From NCBI GenBank assembly GCA_965235115.1, contig OZ249436.1:4652001-4716000 (forward strand): a stretch of DNA of 64,000 bases, in the 5' to 3' direction. The position numbers were made by a program, and so were the translations under genes. Shown piece by piece: positions 1 through 12,802 of the stretch. The first letter of the stretch is position 1. Each line of letters opens with the position of its first letter. The notes below the pieces were generated by a model, which was not told the origin of the DNA, did no database searches, and saw only the letters and a program-made list of their open reading frames with translations. This DNA comes from Laetmonice hystrix (taxonomy: Eukaryota).

Positions 1-159
1 AGCCACGTGCCCATCAAACAGGTCAATACGTGGGGACTTTACTGTCCAATCAGCCGCCAAGGTTACCGTGAAATAGAACATGGCTGAATGACGAACTACT
101 TTACGGTCCTTGGGTCACCTCAACTCAGAGTAGTTTATTCTCTTATCAATCTTTAAATT

Positions 160-206
160 GGGGTCAGGGGTCAGGGGTCAGGGGTCAGGGGTCAGGGGCA
201 GGGGCA
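160..206 (+). repeat. (GGGGTCA)5 plus (GGGGCA)2 short tandem repeat
   Basis: Directly visible; G4-compatible G-tracts. Confidence 0.9.
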
Positions 207-220
207 GTGGGTCTGATGAC

Positions 221-382
221 CAGGGCCCAGTTTTTCAAAGATTCTCAAGTTGAGTAAATCTTACTTAAGTAAACTAGCAGGCTTCTGATTGGCTGGCCTA
301 AGCAGACTAGCCAATCAGAAGCCTGTTAGTTTACTTAAGTAAGCTTTACTCCAGTTGAGAATTTTTGAAAAACTGGGCCCTG
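221..382. mobile_element. Palindromic MITE (~160 bp), possibly PIF/Harbinger-like
   Basis: Near-perfect foldback: cagggcccagtttttcaaa...tttgaaaaactgggccctg, with inner arms ttacttaagtaaacta..caggcttctgattggct / agccaatcagaagcctg..tagtttacttaagtaa. Confidence 0.8.
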
Positions 383-462
383 GACTAGAGGTTAAAATTA
401 GTTTTTGGAGATAGGAATAATGATAAATATTAATTCCACCCAAATTTTTATTTTGTGCGGAT

Positions 463-476
463 GTTACCATAGCAAC
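463..476. promoter_or_regulatory. RFX X-box consensus match GTTACCATAGCAAC (function unknown)
   Basis: Fits GTNRCC-N(0-3)-RGYAAC, but there is no nearby gene start and it may lie in a transposon remnant. Confidence 0.25.
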
Positions 477-751
477 ACACCGACTTGGACCGGAAGTTTA
501 GAAACTTCAAAATATGTCTCCTCCTTCAACATGATTGTAGAAATCGTAACATTCTCAGCATTATAGCTCGAGTCAATTGGAAAGATACCAGGCGTTCGTT
601 GGGGGTAGTCTACAATAACCCCCTGGTGCAGGAATTAACATCGCATCTGTATTTACGGAACAGGATAGGAGAACTCTAACCAAAGAAAGTTCCGAAGGTA
701 GACTGACCGATCAGGTATCGGCGGAGACAATTTGTCATTGGCCAGGATTGG

Positions 752-1204
752 ATGGGATCGGTCAGCTGGACCAAGGTATCAGCTTGTCTACGGATGGCGG
801 CCACCACTGGCCAGACCGATCAGCCAGCTCTAGTGATGACGTATGGGATCGGTCAGCTGGACCAAGGTATCAGCTTGTCTACGGGTGGCGGCCACCACTG
901 GCCAGACCGATCAGCCAGCTCGATGACGTATGGGATCGGTCAGCTGGACCAAGGTATCAGCTTGTCTACGGATGGCGGCCACCACTGGCCAGACCGATCA
1001 GCCAGCTCTATTGATGACGTATGGGATCGGTCAGCTGGACCAAGGTATCAGTTTGTCTACGGACGGCGGCCACCACTGGCCAGACCGATCAGCCAGCTCT
1101 ATTGATGACGTATGGGATCGGTCAGCTGGACCAAGGTATCAGTTTGTCTACGGACGGCGGCCACCACTGGCCAGACCGATCAGCCAGCTCTATTAATGAC
1201 GTAT
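752..1204 (+). repeat. 91-bp tandem repeat, 5 copies (one is 87 bp)
   Basis: Unit starts (atgggatcggtcagctgg) at 752, 843, 930, 1021 and 1112. Confidence 0.95.
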
Positions 1205-2210
1205 AATCTAATCAAGGAGAGCGCTGTGATTGGCCCATCGAAAACATGAACGCAAATGTCGATGGTAGTTCCGTATCCTCCGTATTTCTCCAAGAAGATA
1301 CAGATATTTTCATCAATCCTTTTACAATACTAAATGTCCTCGCTTTTCTGGATGTAGACATAGTGTCATGGGTCTCTATACGCTAGGCTATACGGTCTGC
1401 ATCACGCATGGCCATGTTGACGCTCCAAGCAGAGATAGGTCAGTCTGTTGTGAGGCTGACCAACACAACGAAAGTGGAAGTCCTCTGCTTCGAGATTGAG
1501 CAACTTCATTCCGCCTGTCGGATTTCTGACAGGTCCAATTATAAATCGCCTGTCCTCACAAAGCAGACGCGTCTGTCAGGCAGGGCCCAATCTATGGTCA
1601 CTTGACCAGCGCCATCTTCGGGCAAAAGACTGTAGTCGATGAAACGGGAATCCTGGGCATACAATTTGTAAAAACATGGATATAACCAATCTCGCTCGGC
1701 CCACAGATCCAATCCAAGCGTTTTGATTCATTCGGTTATAACCGACAACAGATCAAAATCGGCTCGCTGTGCACGAAGCGCTGCATAGCTTTCCACCCCC
1801 CCCCCCCACCCCCCACCCCACCCCCCACCCCTTCCCCGTAGGTAGTCTATCGTACACAGTCTAACCCCTCATCATCTAACCCCCTTCCCCATTTTCAAAA
1901 TCCTGATTCGACCAACTGATCGTCAACAAGCAGATGGTTAATCGACTTAGCTCTATAGTGTGGCCCGCCTTTATTGTGGCTTTAACACAGCACAGCATTT
2001 GTGCCACAGGATGTCAGCAGTACGCATGCGTTAACACTTGCGAACGTGAAACGGTGCTTTGATTGTATTATCAGAGACCCAGTCGTAACCAATGGCATCC
2101 ATCAAGCAGTCTGTGTCTGGTTCCCACTGAAGGATTGCGGGAGGAGAGCTCTAACTAAACTACTCACGTACGTTGGGGTCCGATACATTTCCAAATGTTC
2201 CGTTTGTTAA

Positions 2211-3493
2211 GCCCCAGTCCCACCAAAGCCGAATTAGCTACGACGTGTCACGATCTGATAAATCGTGTAGAATCGGGAAAGGTCCTAACTCGGTCGTAGA
2301 GTAGTCTTGATAGATCCTCATAGGTCGCGACAATTTTGAACTGTTCAAAACAATCGGCATTGGTCGGGAAAAAGCTCAGATCGGGGCTATATCGTAGGTC
2401 AAACGTTGCTCAGTCGGGAATATAGTCGGGGAACAATCTGGATAGTTCGTTGCTCAGTCCTGGTTTATCGTAGGACAATTGCCAGATAATTAAGCCCCAG
2501 TCCCACCAAAGCCGATTGTACTACGTTCCATGCCGTTCTATCAAGATCTAAAATTTATTTTAAGTCGTGATGAATCGTGATGAAATAATGACAACCCGAA
2601 GACCTAGCTACGAATTGTCACGTTCAACGGCGACTGGGCAACGGTTTTCCAAAGATCTCTCAACGATCACGCTGCGTGCTATCATGTTCTATCTCGACAT
2701 CCCCGCGACCTTGCCGACCTATGCAGATTGAGCTACGTCCTATCAAGAACCCGACCCGATGTTTGACCAACGATGTAGCAACGTTCTATGCCGTCTGAGC
2801 CCCAGCCGAGCTACGACCTGTCCCGATGACGTCAGGGCTAGATCTAGGAAATGTCTGGCGATTGTCCTACGATCAACCAGGACTGAACAACGAACTATCC
2901 CGATTGTCCCACGACTATTCCCGACTGAGCAACGTTTGACCTACGGTATATCCCCGATTTGAGCTTTTTCCCGACCAATGCCGATTGTTTTGAACAGTTT
3001 AAAATTGTCGGGGTGCAATCGTGGCCTATCCCGACCTATGAGGATCTATCAAGACTACTGTACGACCGAGTTAGGACCTTTCCCGATTCTACACGATTTA
3101 TCAGATCGTGACACGTCGTAGCTAATTCGGCTCTGGTGGAACTGGGGCTTTGGCCCTGATCTAGACCTGATGTCATCGGGACAGGTCGTAGCTCGGCTGG
3201 GGCACGGCATAGAACGTTGCTACATCGTTTGTCAATCTTGGTATAGGTCGCCATACATCGGGACGGGATCTTGATAGGTCGAAGCTCAATCTGCATAGGT
3301 CGGCAGTGAACGTTGCTTTAGTCGTTGCGCTGTCTGGAAGGTCGGGCCGATGTCGGGATAGAACGTGATAGATTCGTAGCTAGGTCTTCGGGTTTTCATG
3401 ATTTCATCACGATTCATCACGACTTAAACTAAATTTCAGATCTTGATAGAACGGCATAGAACGTCGTACAATCGGCTTTGGTGGGACTGGGGC
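2211..3493. mobile_element. PIF/Harbinger-like MITE (outer copy), interrupted by an inverted copy of the same family
   Basis: TIRs gccccagtcccaccaaagccga / tcggctttggtgggactggggc with TAA/TTA flanks. Its two halves match the reverse complement of the inner copy. Confidence 0.85.
2494..3148. mobile_element. PIF/Harbinger-like MITE (inner copy, ~655 bp), opposite orientation
   Basis: Same TIR at 2494, and tcggctctggtggaactggggc ending at 3148. Confidence 0.85.
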
Positions 3494-3889
3494 TTAAACC
3501 GGATACGTACCGATCTACGGAGTTGTCCGGATCGCAGGGACATGCTACAGGTTCTCTGTATATTTAGGTGGGGGACATTAAACCCCCACTTTATTTCTTG
3601 GAATGTTTGAATACAATTTCCAGCTTTACAAAGCTAAAACTTTCCTGCGCAATGTATGGTTTGTGTTTACTTAACGCCTCCTCTAAGAAAATGCCATACC
3701 ATGGACGGAATCTCATTTTGATGCCCCCGGCAGATTCAGACATTGGAGGTAATGAGACCCCTTAAAAACGTTGACAGATTCATTATCAAAGCTGCAATAA
3801 TAGGAGCAGCACTTGTGACTCAGGCTCCGCCGTGCCAGCAATGCTCGCGTTATTATAATTTGTAAAGTTGATCAATTGTAGATTTTTGA

Positions 3890-3975
3890 ACTGGACAGTT
3901 TTGAAAACCGCTATACCATACATGTACCGAAAATTGCTCCAGTATAAATAAAAGAATGACAAAAAAATAAACACA
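3890..3975 (+). repeat. Dispersed repeat fragment, also at ~44582-44668
   Basis: Both sites share cagttttgaaaa...atgtaccgaaaatt..ccagtata.ataaaagaatga. Confidence 0.6.
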
Positions 3976-4430
3976 GAAGCTCAATACCTGTGCGTGACTT
4001 GCAGTATAAGGTCACGGATGTTCTTGGCAGATCTTTTCCAGGACAGCACCAGACACATAATGAAGTGACCTCTTAGTAAAAGGCAATCTGCAAAAGGTCA
4101 ACCGATTGGAATGGTAACTACTGATATGAACAAAATATAGGAACTTCTCTTGGTGCTTGTATCAGTTAGGGTTTCGTATTCACTTCCTGCCTGAGGCGTA
4201 CACTCTATTATCGAATTATCGTCGATTACACGAGTTTTTAATCATAATATATTTGCATATCTCAAAACTTACTTCCAGCTCATATCTTATCACATCCGTA
4301 AGGACGAGATTTAAAGTAATTTTATTTAAATTTACTGTAATTTTGAGATTAAAGGATGGAACCCATTTCCTGAAACGGAGAAGGCCAGCCAGGAAAATTT
4401 TCAGAGTGAAATTCCACCATTAAATCAAAA

Positions 4431-4561
4431 ACCGCATGGCCGTCGCAAGGGAAATCGCCTTGGTGGGTTCAGCACCGCATGGCCGTCGCAAGGGGAATCG
4501 CCTTGGTGGGTTCAGCACCGCATGGCCGTCGCAAGGGGAATCGCCTTGGTGGGTTCAGCAC
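4431..4561 (+). repeat. 43/44-bp tandem repeat, 3 copies
   Basis: accgcatggccgtcgcaaggg(g)aatcgccttggtgggttcagc x3. Confidence 0.95.
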
Positions 4562-5595
4562 TTTAAGCAGTAAACGAAATCTTGAGCGTCCAGGGCCTAC
4601 GAGGAACTTTCACAAGATTTATTTAAACAACGCTAAAGCCCTCTTCGAAGAGATTGATGAGGGAAAAACACGTCTTGTTTTAGGTTATACTTCTTTTTAC
4701 GTTGGTCCTTGAAAGTTGTTGACATTATCTTCAAGTATTTCAATTGGTCATAAAAGATTTCTTTGCCGCGCAGTCGTCCCATTGAACCTCGCTCTCGGCA
4801 TGGAACCGTCACTGCCTCCTCACAACAAGGATTATTGTCACATTAAATACACAAGTACTGGCTTCTAGGGTAAGGACTTGTTGGTTTTACATGCATGCTC
4901 GTCTCTGTGGCGCCAAATGCCTTTAAGATGTTTGTTCGTTTTTAAAGTGTGAAAGATTGGCAACGTTAGAGTGATGTTTTCCAACTGTAAACTGTTCCAG
5001 CTGTTTCCAGTTGTGATAAAAAGGAGTTAACGCCATGCTAAAAACAACCAAATCAGCCTAATTTTATTGTTTGAACCGTAACATTGTATGACGCTAGAAA
5101 GGTAGGTATCCCTCGAACCTATTCCAGCCAGTTCCGCCAGGCCTGCCAAGGGTCACACCTCTGTTTCACGACGTGAGCAGGAAACGTGTTGACAAACCGG
5201 GACTAAATTAAATCCACGTTAGTCGAGATCCCCAACCAATCACGGTGGAAGGTTATCGACTCGGAAATGGCCCGGGATAATTCTAGTCGACGGCCTGCCA
5301 CTTAGTAAGATCTGACCGTGTCACTTCACCGGATCACATGCTTCCGTTATTGACAGAACGAATCTTATGCCGCGGGCAAGAGAAAACAAAATGTACACCC
5401 TAGCAGAGCGGATGTGGATTGCATGTCAGCAGCTCGAACTGATACTAATTACTTATCCCGGAGTACAGCAATTACTTCCCATGATATGAAGTTCTTGAAT
5501 TAAGTAAGACATGCAATCTGACAACGACTGAAGACCACCTCAGAGATCTATCCGGGCCCAGGATACATTGGGTGTATAGGATTTCTTCAGGTTAA

Positions 5596-6120
5596 AGGAA
5601 TCATGGCACCCTAGTTGAGCGTTCAGGGAAGCCAGTTCGGCCTGGTTTCACGCTTATCTCGTCAAAATCTTTGCACTTTCTATCCCGAGGATACTTCCTA
5701 GGTTTAATACATTATGTATTGTAAACAGACAGCAGCGAAATGCACTGTCAACTTCACATTTCACATTTGGTGTCGGGAACACTCAAAACCAACGCTGCCT
5801 TCCGCCATCGGGATTGTCTGACCTACAGGCATAGCGTTGCAACGGGTGAGATGATCACGTGATTGCGGCTGTAGACTGGCGTTCTGTGAAAAGGGTGTAA
5901 AGTCACCCGGCCAAAACTGTATCGCGTAGGTGGGCTGCAGGTCTCGAAAAAGACGCGCGTCATTCCAAATTTGCTGATATTTAAATATTTTAAAAAAAAT
6001 AGTCACGAAATCCAATCAGGTAAGTAGGCAGTGCTATGGAATATATTAATTACCAGACTATATACAGGAAGTATTTTCGCCAATTTGTAAAATCTATATG
6101 AAATAGGTGACATGGTCCTT
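5596..6120 (+). mobile_element. Kolobok-like non-autonomous element, family A (copy 1)
   Basis: TTAA on both sides, termini AGGAATCATGGCACC / GGTGACATGGTCCTT. Inverted homologue at 41851-42357. Confidence 0.85.
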
Positions 6121-7857
6121 TTAACCCACACATGACATCACTAGACTATAAATTGTCCTTGCAATTAGTCTCGACCGATTAGCAAGGGTAGGAGCCCGGG
6201 CGCAAGGCAATGGACAGTTTTACCATGCAGTGAGTATATCCGCGCCGTCGCATCTGGCATTATCTGTAACTACCACAGCACCCTATCGAGATGTCTGACT
6301 GATAGCATACATGTAATTGGTGCTGATAATGGCAGTTATATTGGAAAGACGTGTCGCTTGATGTGGACAGTGCTAATTAAACCTATCCTGATATCGCAAT
6401 GCACACATAACTTGGTGTAATTTGTCTCTTCTCATGTCCATCAGTTTCTCACACTCTTTGATACCCTTGGGAAACCCCGATAAATATGCAAGGGGACTTA
6501 GCCGGTTGGAAATCATTCCGGTTTATTGACAGCGTTTTACATGAGCGATAGACAAACACTTTGGACCGCCTTGGGCTCTGAGACGAAGACGTAGACAGTA
6601 TAATGGGAATACAGTCTTACCCTTGATTGGGTCGGAGCCGTCTGAAGCGGGTGTGATTACTTACGGGATAGCTGGGCAGTATATCGTATACTTTACAAGG
6701 CATTTTAATTCTGCGAGTAGCTTGCATATATACGGAACTCTTCAAAAGCGCGTGTATGTAGTCTCGACAGCGGACCTGATGAGGTCTTTTATGACACGGG
6801 AATTGCAAATTATGAGAAGATGAGTCAAGACAGTAGATGGCAGTGATGCCACAGTAGATGGCAGTGACGTCACAGTAGATGACAGTGACGTCACCAAATG
6901 AAAGATAATGAAGGTAAGGTCAGGGGTTATTGGCAGCGTTTCTTGCCTCCTTAAGAGCCGTCTGTATGACCCTTTTTTGAATTTTAATCATCATGTCGAA
7001 ATCAGGGTTTTAAGCTCTAGCAAAAAACGCAGTATTCCCCAATGTGGGTACTATTTAATTTATGTCAGTGGGGGTTTTCTTGGAGGGGGTTCTGTTCCAT
7101 TAAAACGAGCTTTGAAGAAGAATTAACCGGATTTATATAATGAAAGTAATAACTGGAGTTATGTTTTTTTATCCTAAAGACTTTTTTTTCTATAGCGGTC
7201 GCATTTTATTTACTTCTGCCTTCTGGTTCTAACGGAAATAATTTGATGACATTATATCAGAATGATATTAAAGCTGTAGTCAAATATGACCCGGCTATGC
7301 GACGGTGTATGGGCCCTGCCAGGCTCTTTGAGAACGACATGAAATAAGTCTTAGAACACAGGTTTACACGCTGATGATAACGTTTTGTGAGGTTCTTTCT
7401 TGCCACCTGACTACCTCTGTGAACCTACTGCCGCTGTTCAGCGCCGTGGTACGCATGTCATTAAAATAAAAAAGAAATGAGCGGTGATGTTTGTTTGAGT
7501 CTCTCAGGCTTCAATAGGCAAAAGGGGCCAAGCAAAATCAGGTATCGACATTACACAAACACTGACCTAACCAGTGGAGAAATGGGACTAATCTTGCGCA
7601 CATCTGAGTATTTCTCAGGCCGGCTGAAACATGTCGCGCAAAGGCTGTGTTCGCTTCAGTTAGAACATTCATACTTTAGCGTGGCGTTGACAAACGTATA
7701 CGCGATCGCTTCGGGTCAGCCAATAATATCCCTCTTATAAAGACTCACAAAAAGGTAACAGACTATATGTAAGGGCGTTTTTTCTGGCAGAAACAGCAGA
7801 CAAGTGGAATAACGGGCAATTAAACCGCAGGAATCTTTGTGGACGCTCTCCCTGTTA

Positions 7858-8461
7858 AGTATCTAACTGGGCTGCGACTGTTGGAGACAAATTGTGAACG
7901 GCATTCGCGAGGGAGTTTCCAAAATGTGTCTCGAAACGTTCGCGAGGTTCCCAATTCCCTCGCGTGAATGGCAGGGCCTCGCAATCGTGTCGCTGGAATT
8001 TTGAACATGTTCAAAAATGCGACAAATGTTCTCTCAAAAAAGTCGCAGAGTCGTCGCGGGTGTCTCGAACCATTCTCAATTTAGTTTCCGTGAGTCAGAA
8101 ACTGCGATAAAAGTGATAAAACTTTGTGAGGGGGTGGCGACCTATGAAACTAAATTGTGACTGATTGAAGACAAAATTGTGAATCAATTGAGAATAAATT
8201 GCGAACAATTTGCGACATAACTAAGACACTTTGTGACTAAATTGCGACAAAAAAGTTGCACCACATTCACACGAATGTCGCGTGAATGTCGTGCGTATGT
8301 CGTACGAATGTCGCAATTTATTCGCTGTGCGACATACGCAAATGTGTCGTAAGTACCAATTCAGTGTGATTCCAAGTGAAAATTGTCGCTAATTCGCTTA
8401 TTTTCTCGCAATTTCGTTAATCTCCAACTAGTCGCGAGCTGTCGCAGCCCAGTGAGATACT
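7858..8461. mobile_element. MITE with ~21-bp TIRs (PIF/Harbinger-like)
   Basis: agtatctaactgggctgcgac / gtcgcagcccagtgagatact; interior rich in tgcgac/gtcgca. Confidence 0.75.
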
Positions 8462-8684
8462 AGAGTGTGTGTATAATCTGTGCTATGATTGTCTTCCCAC
8501 GCTCATGGATTCGGTACAACACAACCTATTATGAAAGGAGGTTCTGAGAACGTTGTGAGGAAGCATCAGAACGGTTATCTAATACAGTTAGGATTGGCAG
8601 ACTCCTCAAAGCTTTGTAGAGATGGCAGACATGATTATGATAATAACAAAGATAATGACAAAGAGGTATACGTGAAACCGTCTA

Positions 8685-8838
8685 GGTGACATATGTAAGG
8701 AGACATGTAAGGCGGGAAGGTCGGTGACATATGTAAGCAGACATGTAAGGCGGGAAGGTCGGTGACATATGTAAGGAGACATGTAAGGCGGGAAGGTCGG
8801 TGACATATGTAAGGAGACATGTAAGGCTGGAAGGTCGG
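8685..8838 (+). repeat. 38-bp tandem repeat, 4 copies
   Basis: ggtgacatatgtaaggagacatgtaaggcgggaaggtc x4. Confidence 0.95.
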
Positions 8839-10402
8839 ATGACGATCATTTAGTGCCCGAAGACAGCGCCGGGGCCCAGCGATGCGGGGATTGATACGTC
8901 TGATGATGAAGTGTACAGACTTCAAGTACTAAAGAAGCCTCGCCATTGATGTCATTATTGAACAATGCCTGGACCTATCCTTCTTCCTCACGGCAGCGAG
9001 TCAGATCCGCGATAATATATACCTATAGAGGCAGGGGCGGAGCAGGATCAATTCACAAAGGCTTTTGAGAGAAAAAAATAGTTCCCAACGGGGCAGTCCC
9101 GCCCCATCCGCCTGACCCGAGCCGCCATCACCTTGAGGTAGACTCCTTTTAGTGAGTACGAAGTACGAAACACGTCAGGAGATTTCAGACTGCAAAGGTC
9201 AAGTCAAAACAACCGTTTGTTAGTTGAAATGTGCCCCCCACCCCCACCCCCACCAATGTCCAGTCAAGCTGCTTCCCCGACAACAGTCCACCATCGGCTG
9301 TGAATAAAAACGACCTTGAACGTAAAATATTGGTAATATGATCTGGGATTTCGGATGGGCTTAACATTGACAGGAGTATGGCTGCTCTGGTCATGTTTGG
9401 TCAGCAATGTCCATCTACCTGAACGGTAAACATGACAGTTCGCTGAACCTTTAAAGCTTCTCTGATGTCAACTTGCTCGATGGCCGCGAGTTTCCAATTT
9501 GGCGACTGTGACAGGGACTTCTGCTACATATGAGGTCAGACTTTCCAACCCGATGTTCAAGTCAACGTTTCATATTCCCCACGAGAACCGGTGGACGGCT
9601 CAGTTTCTCCGAACAAATTGAGTATATGTAATAAGAGTAGAGTAACACTGACTGCGCTGACAACCCGTTGGCGGAGATACGATTGGGGTTAGTTTACTTG
9701 TTAAGTTGGCGTAATTCTCAGGTCGACGTCGTTTGGAAGGTATCAAAATGTAATTACTTGCTTTCATATCCTTGGATTACATGGGACGCGTGTGTTGGTG
9801 GTGCGTGATGCCTGCTGTGGCATTAGTGGCGAGACAGAAGATACATTGGGGGTGGAGTTTAACAGAGAATATATTGGGAGCTAACTTTGATATATAATTT
9901 AGTTGTGTACCTCGAGACTCGGTAAGCATTCACTGATTTGTTAGGAATTATACAAGTGTTGGGAAAACTGCCCCTCTGTCTCCAGTTTCGCTGCCTATAT
10001 CTTAGGCCGGAGTTCAATACGCCCATTGTAAGGTTGCATGCAACTAGAGTTTCCCACCAAGAAATCTTTATGAATATATGGATGATGACTCAAATCCGTA
10101 AGACAAAAAATAGCGCAATGGTTTTACGTCACTGCATGTGACCAACGTCACGGCCACTTTATCTGGCATCAGATGACAAGATAAATGCATGCGTCCTCCA
10201 GCAGCGACATACGTCACACGGAATATCTTATTGAAGAGATCAAACACACAGCTACATCCCATCAAGGAACAGTTAGCGCGGCGAGGTAAATACATGCCAT
10301 CTGACGTGACGAATCGAGTCACCATGATAGATAGCACACGTGGCCTGTCTATATGTCCACCTGTGCTTCAACACCTCAGTCTACACTGTGGCATGCAGCT
10401 GT

Positions 10403-10680
10403 CAGGGTTCTCCTGGTCCTGGAAAATCATGGGGAAAAAATCTATCATGGAAAGTCATTGACAATGGGCAAAAAAATTAAAGTCATGGAAACTGAAAAAT
10501 ATCATGGATTTAGACTGATGTCACTTCACATTTATCGCGATTTTGGCTACGACAGTCCCCTGGATATCGTAGAATATCTTTTACATTTGCTTCTATAAAA
10601 TATCGTAAGTCATGGAAAACAACATATATTGTCATGGAGAAAGTCATGTAATTTTGTTATCAGATTTGCGTGTGAACCTG
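10403..10680. mobile_element. Non-autonomous DNA element with CAGGGTTC...GAACCTG ends (hAT-like?)
   Basis: Internal (gt)catgga(a) sub-repeats. Flanks agctgt / agctgg resemble a 6-bp TSD. Confidence 0.5.
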
Positions 10681-11269
10681 AGCTGGGGCCAACTCGTGCC
10701 TGCCGTAGCAATCATCATGCAGTATATCACATACCTGGCGTTGCTCCCATAAGGTCAACCTATCAGACTATTGTTTGAGTCTGAAGTCGGTAAATGTCAT
10801 GTCTGGGCGGAAGTCTCGTCCGAGGAATTTCACACACACAAACACACCCCCACTTGGCGGAAACGAGGATGTAAGTGCATATTGTACATTAGGCATATAA
10901 AATTGTCTAAGGGTGACCTGATCAATCAATGTTCCCTGCCATAGGTCATGCACAACTTTCAGATTTTCTAGTTCATATAACATTAACCATTTCCTCATTT
11001 TGTTGAAATAAACTGTAATTCATGCACCAATTTCACAAGCCATGATTTTGGAGCCTGCAGTGTGTGCAACCTGCGGCATGCTTAGCTATCATATGATAAC
11101 ATGTTATGGAATTTTTTTTTATATAAATTCAATATATTTAGTTGAAAAAGTATTCAATGTTTTTTAAGTTACTGTATAAAATGTTTGACGTTTGAAAATG
11201 TGCTGAAGTCTTTAAATTTTCATTAGTGAACCTTGAGGTGTTGTATACGGCTCCTTCTGATTGGGGAAC

Positions 11270-11334
11270 ACCTCCATATAGTGAACATTTTCTCTCAGTC
11301 CCCAAAGTGTTCACTATACGGAGGTTTTACTGTA
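11270..11334. mobile_element. Tc1/mariner-type MITE end fragment
   Basis: Hairpin acctccatatagtgaaca / tgttcactatacggaggt, followed by the terminus tttactg-TA. Confidence 0.45.
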
Positions 11335-11789
11335 TTATCTTTCATCTGGAACTAATTGTCTAGACGTTGCACAGTGATAGATGTGGCCATCCTTATAACT
11401 AGCTCTGTGTTAAAGATGTTGAAGAGCAGATAGGGAATTTATCAAATGCGACAGTTCGCTCGGTTTTAATGTCGAATTCAACTCCCTTTCGTGAGTTCTA
11501 CTTACAATGAAATGTCCCTGTTAATGTACGTAGCCTTCGCTAAATCCTTGTGTAAAACATCGTCTATTCCTGAGGTGATTATGACTGCTAGGGCCTTTTG
11601 TTGTAAATTGAAGCCCACTTTTTAAACCACTCCGTCGTCATTTTGAAAGGAAACCCTGTTGTACGTATGCGCAGGTATTACGGCAAGTAATCATGTATTT
11701 GTAGAGATAAGAATGGTTGCCGTTTCATTATGTGAAAGGGAATATTTCTCTACGAGTCTTCAATCGACCCAAAAACGTAAGTGCATAAT

Positions 11790-12309
11790 GCGGAGAGATA
11801 TGGGCTGGCACGGTGCCAGATATATCTGATAATATATGGCAGAAGGTGCCCATCATTGCGGAGAGATATGGGCTGGCACGGTGCCAGATATATCTGATAA
11901 TATATGACAGAAGGTGCCCATCATTGCGGAGAGATATGGGCTGGCACGGTGCCAGATATATCTGATAATATATGACAGAAGGTGCCCATCATTGCGGAGA
12001 GATATGGGCTGGCACGGTGCCAGATATATCTGATAATATATGACAGAAGGTGCCCATCATTGCGGAGAGATATGGGCTGGCACGGTGCCAGATATATCTG
12101 ATAATATATGACAGAAGGTGCCCATCATTGCGGAGAGATATGGGCTGGCACGGTGCCAGATATAGCTGGTAATATATGACAGAAGGTGCCCATCATTGCG
12201 GAGAGATATGGGCTGGCACGGTGCCAGATATATCTGATAATATATGACAGAAGGTGCCCATCATTGCGGAGAGATATGGGCTGGCACGGTGCCAGATATA
12301 TCTGGTAAT
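11790..12309 (+). repeat. 68-bp tandem repeat, ~7.6 copies
   Basis: Unit gcggagagatatgggctggcacggtgccagatatatctgataatatatgacagaaggtgcccatcatt; first two starts at 11790 and 11858. Confidence 0.95.
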
Positions 12310-12379
12310 CTTTTATCACTCGATTATAACTGGATGCGCCAGGCATCTCGTCCATATACTTCTCCCAGTGAAGGACCCT

Positions 12380-12802
12380 CATCCCGTTTTTTTTTAAGTT
12401 TTGTTTTAAACTCTGTCTCATCTCTCAAAGTTCTCATATATACGGGTAAATCACTCCATAATACAGGTCCATTGTAACTATTGCATTTTTTAAAAAGCTC
12501 ACTTCTTGGTCCAGGCACTTGTAGTAATATAGCATCATGAGATCTTGTATCAACATAGTGTCCATTCTCGCAGTATTATTCTGAATCTGTGAAAAAGTTA
12601 TTTTCTGCAGCATCAATAACCGTCTATACTTACACGGGAGTAGGCGAGCTTCCGTGTGTAATTCAACATTATAAAACCTATCATGGTCCAATGCAATTTT
12701 TAACCCATTATTTTGAATCACCTGCATGTAGTTTATAATACTCAGTGCAGGTCCCATTAAAAATATTTCCATATTTTAGGTAAGGAAGTATCATCGATTT
12801 AT
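12380..12802 (-). mobile_element. 5'-truncated, frameshifted LINE ORF2 C-terminal remnant (L2/CR1/Crack-like)
   Basis: Across frameshifts the minus strand reads KSMILPYLKYGNIF...MQVIQNNGLKIAL...LHTEARLLPCKYRR...TRSHD...LFKKCNSYNGPVLWSDLPVYMR...FKTKLK, typical of the post-RT tail of these LINEs. Confidence 0.8.

Noticed and set aside
11790..12309. Hammerhead ribozyme in the 68-bp unit (CTGATAA...GAAG)
   Set aside because: The catalytic cores CTGANGA and GAAA are both mismatched, and stem II is absent.
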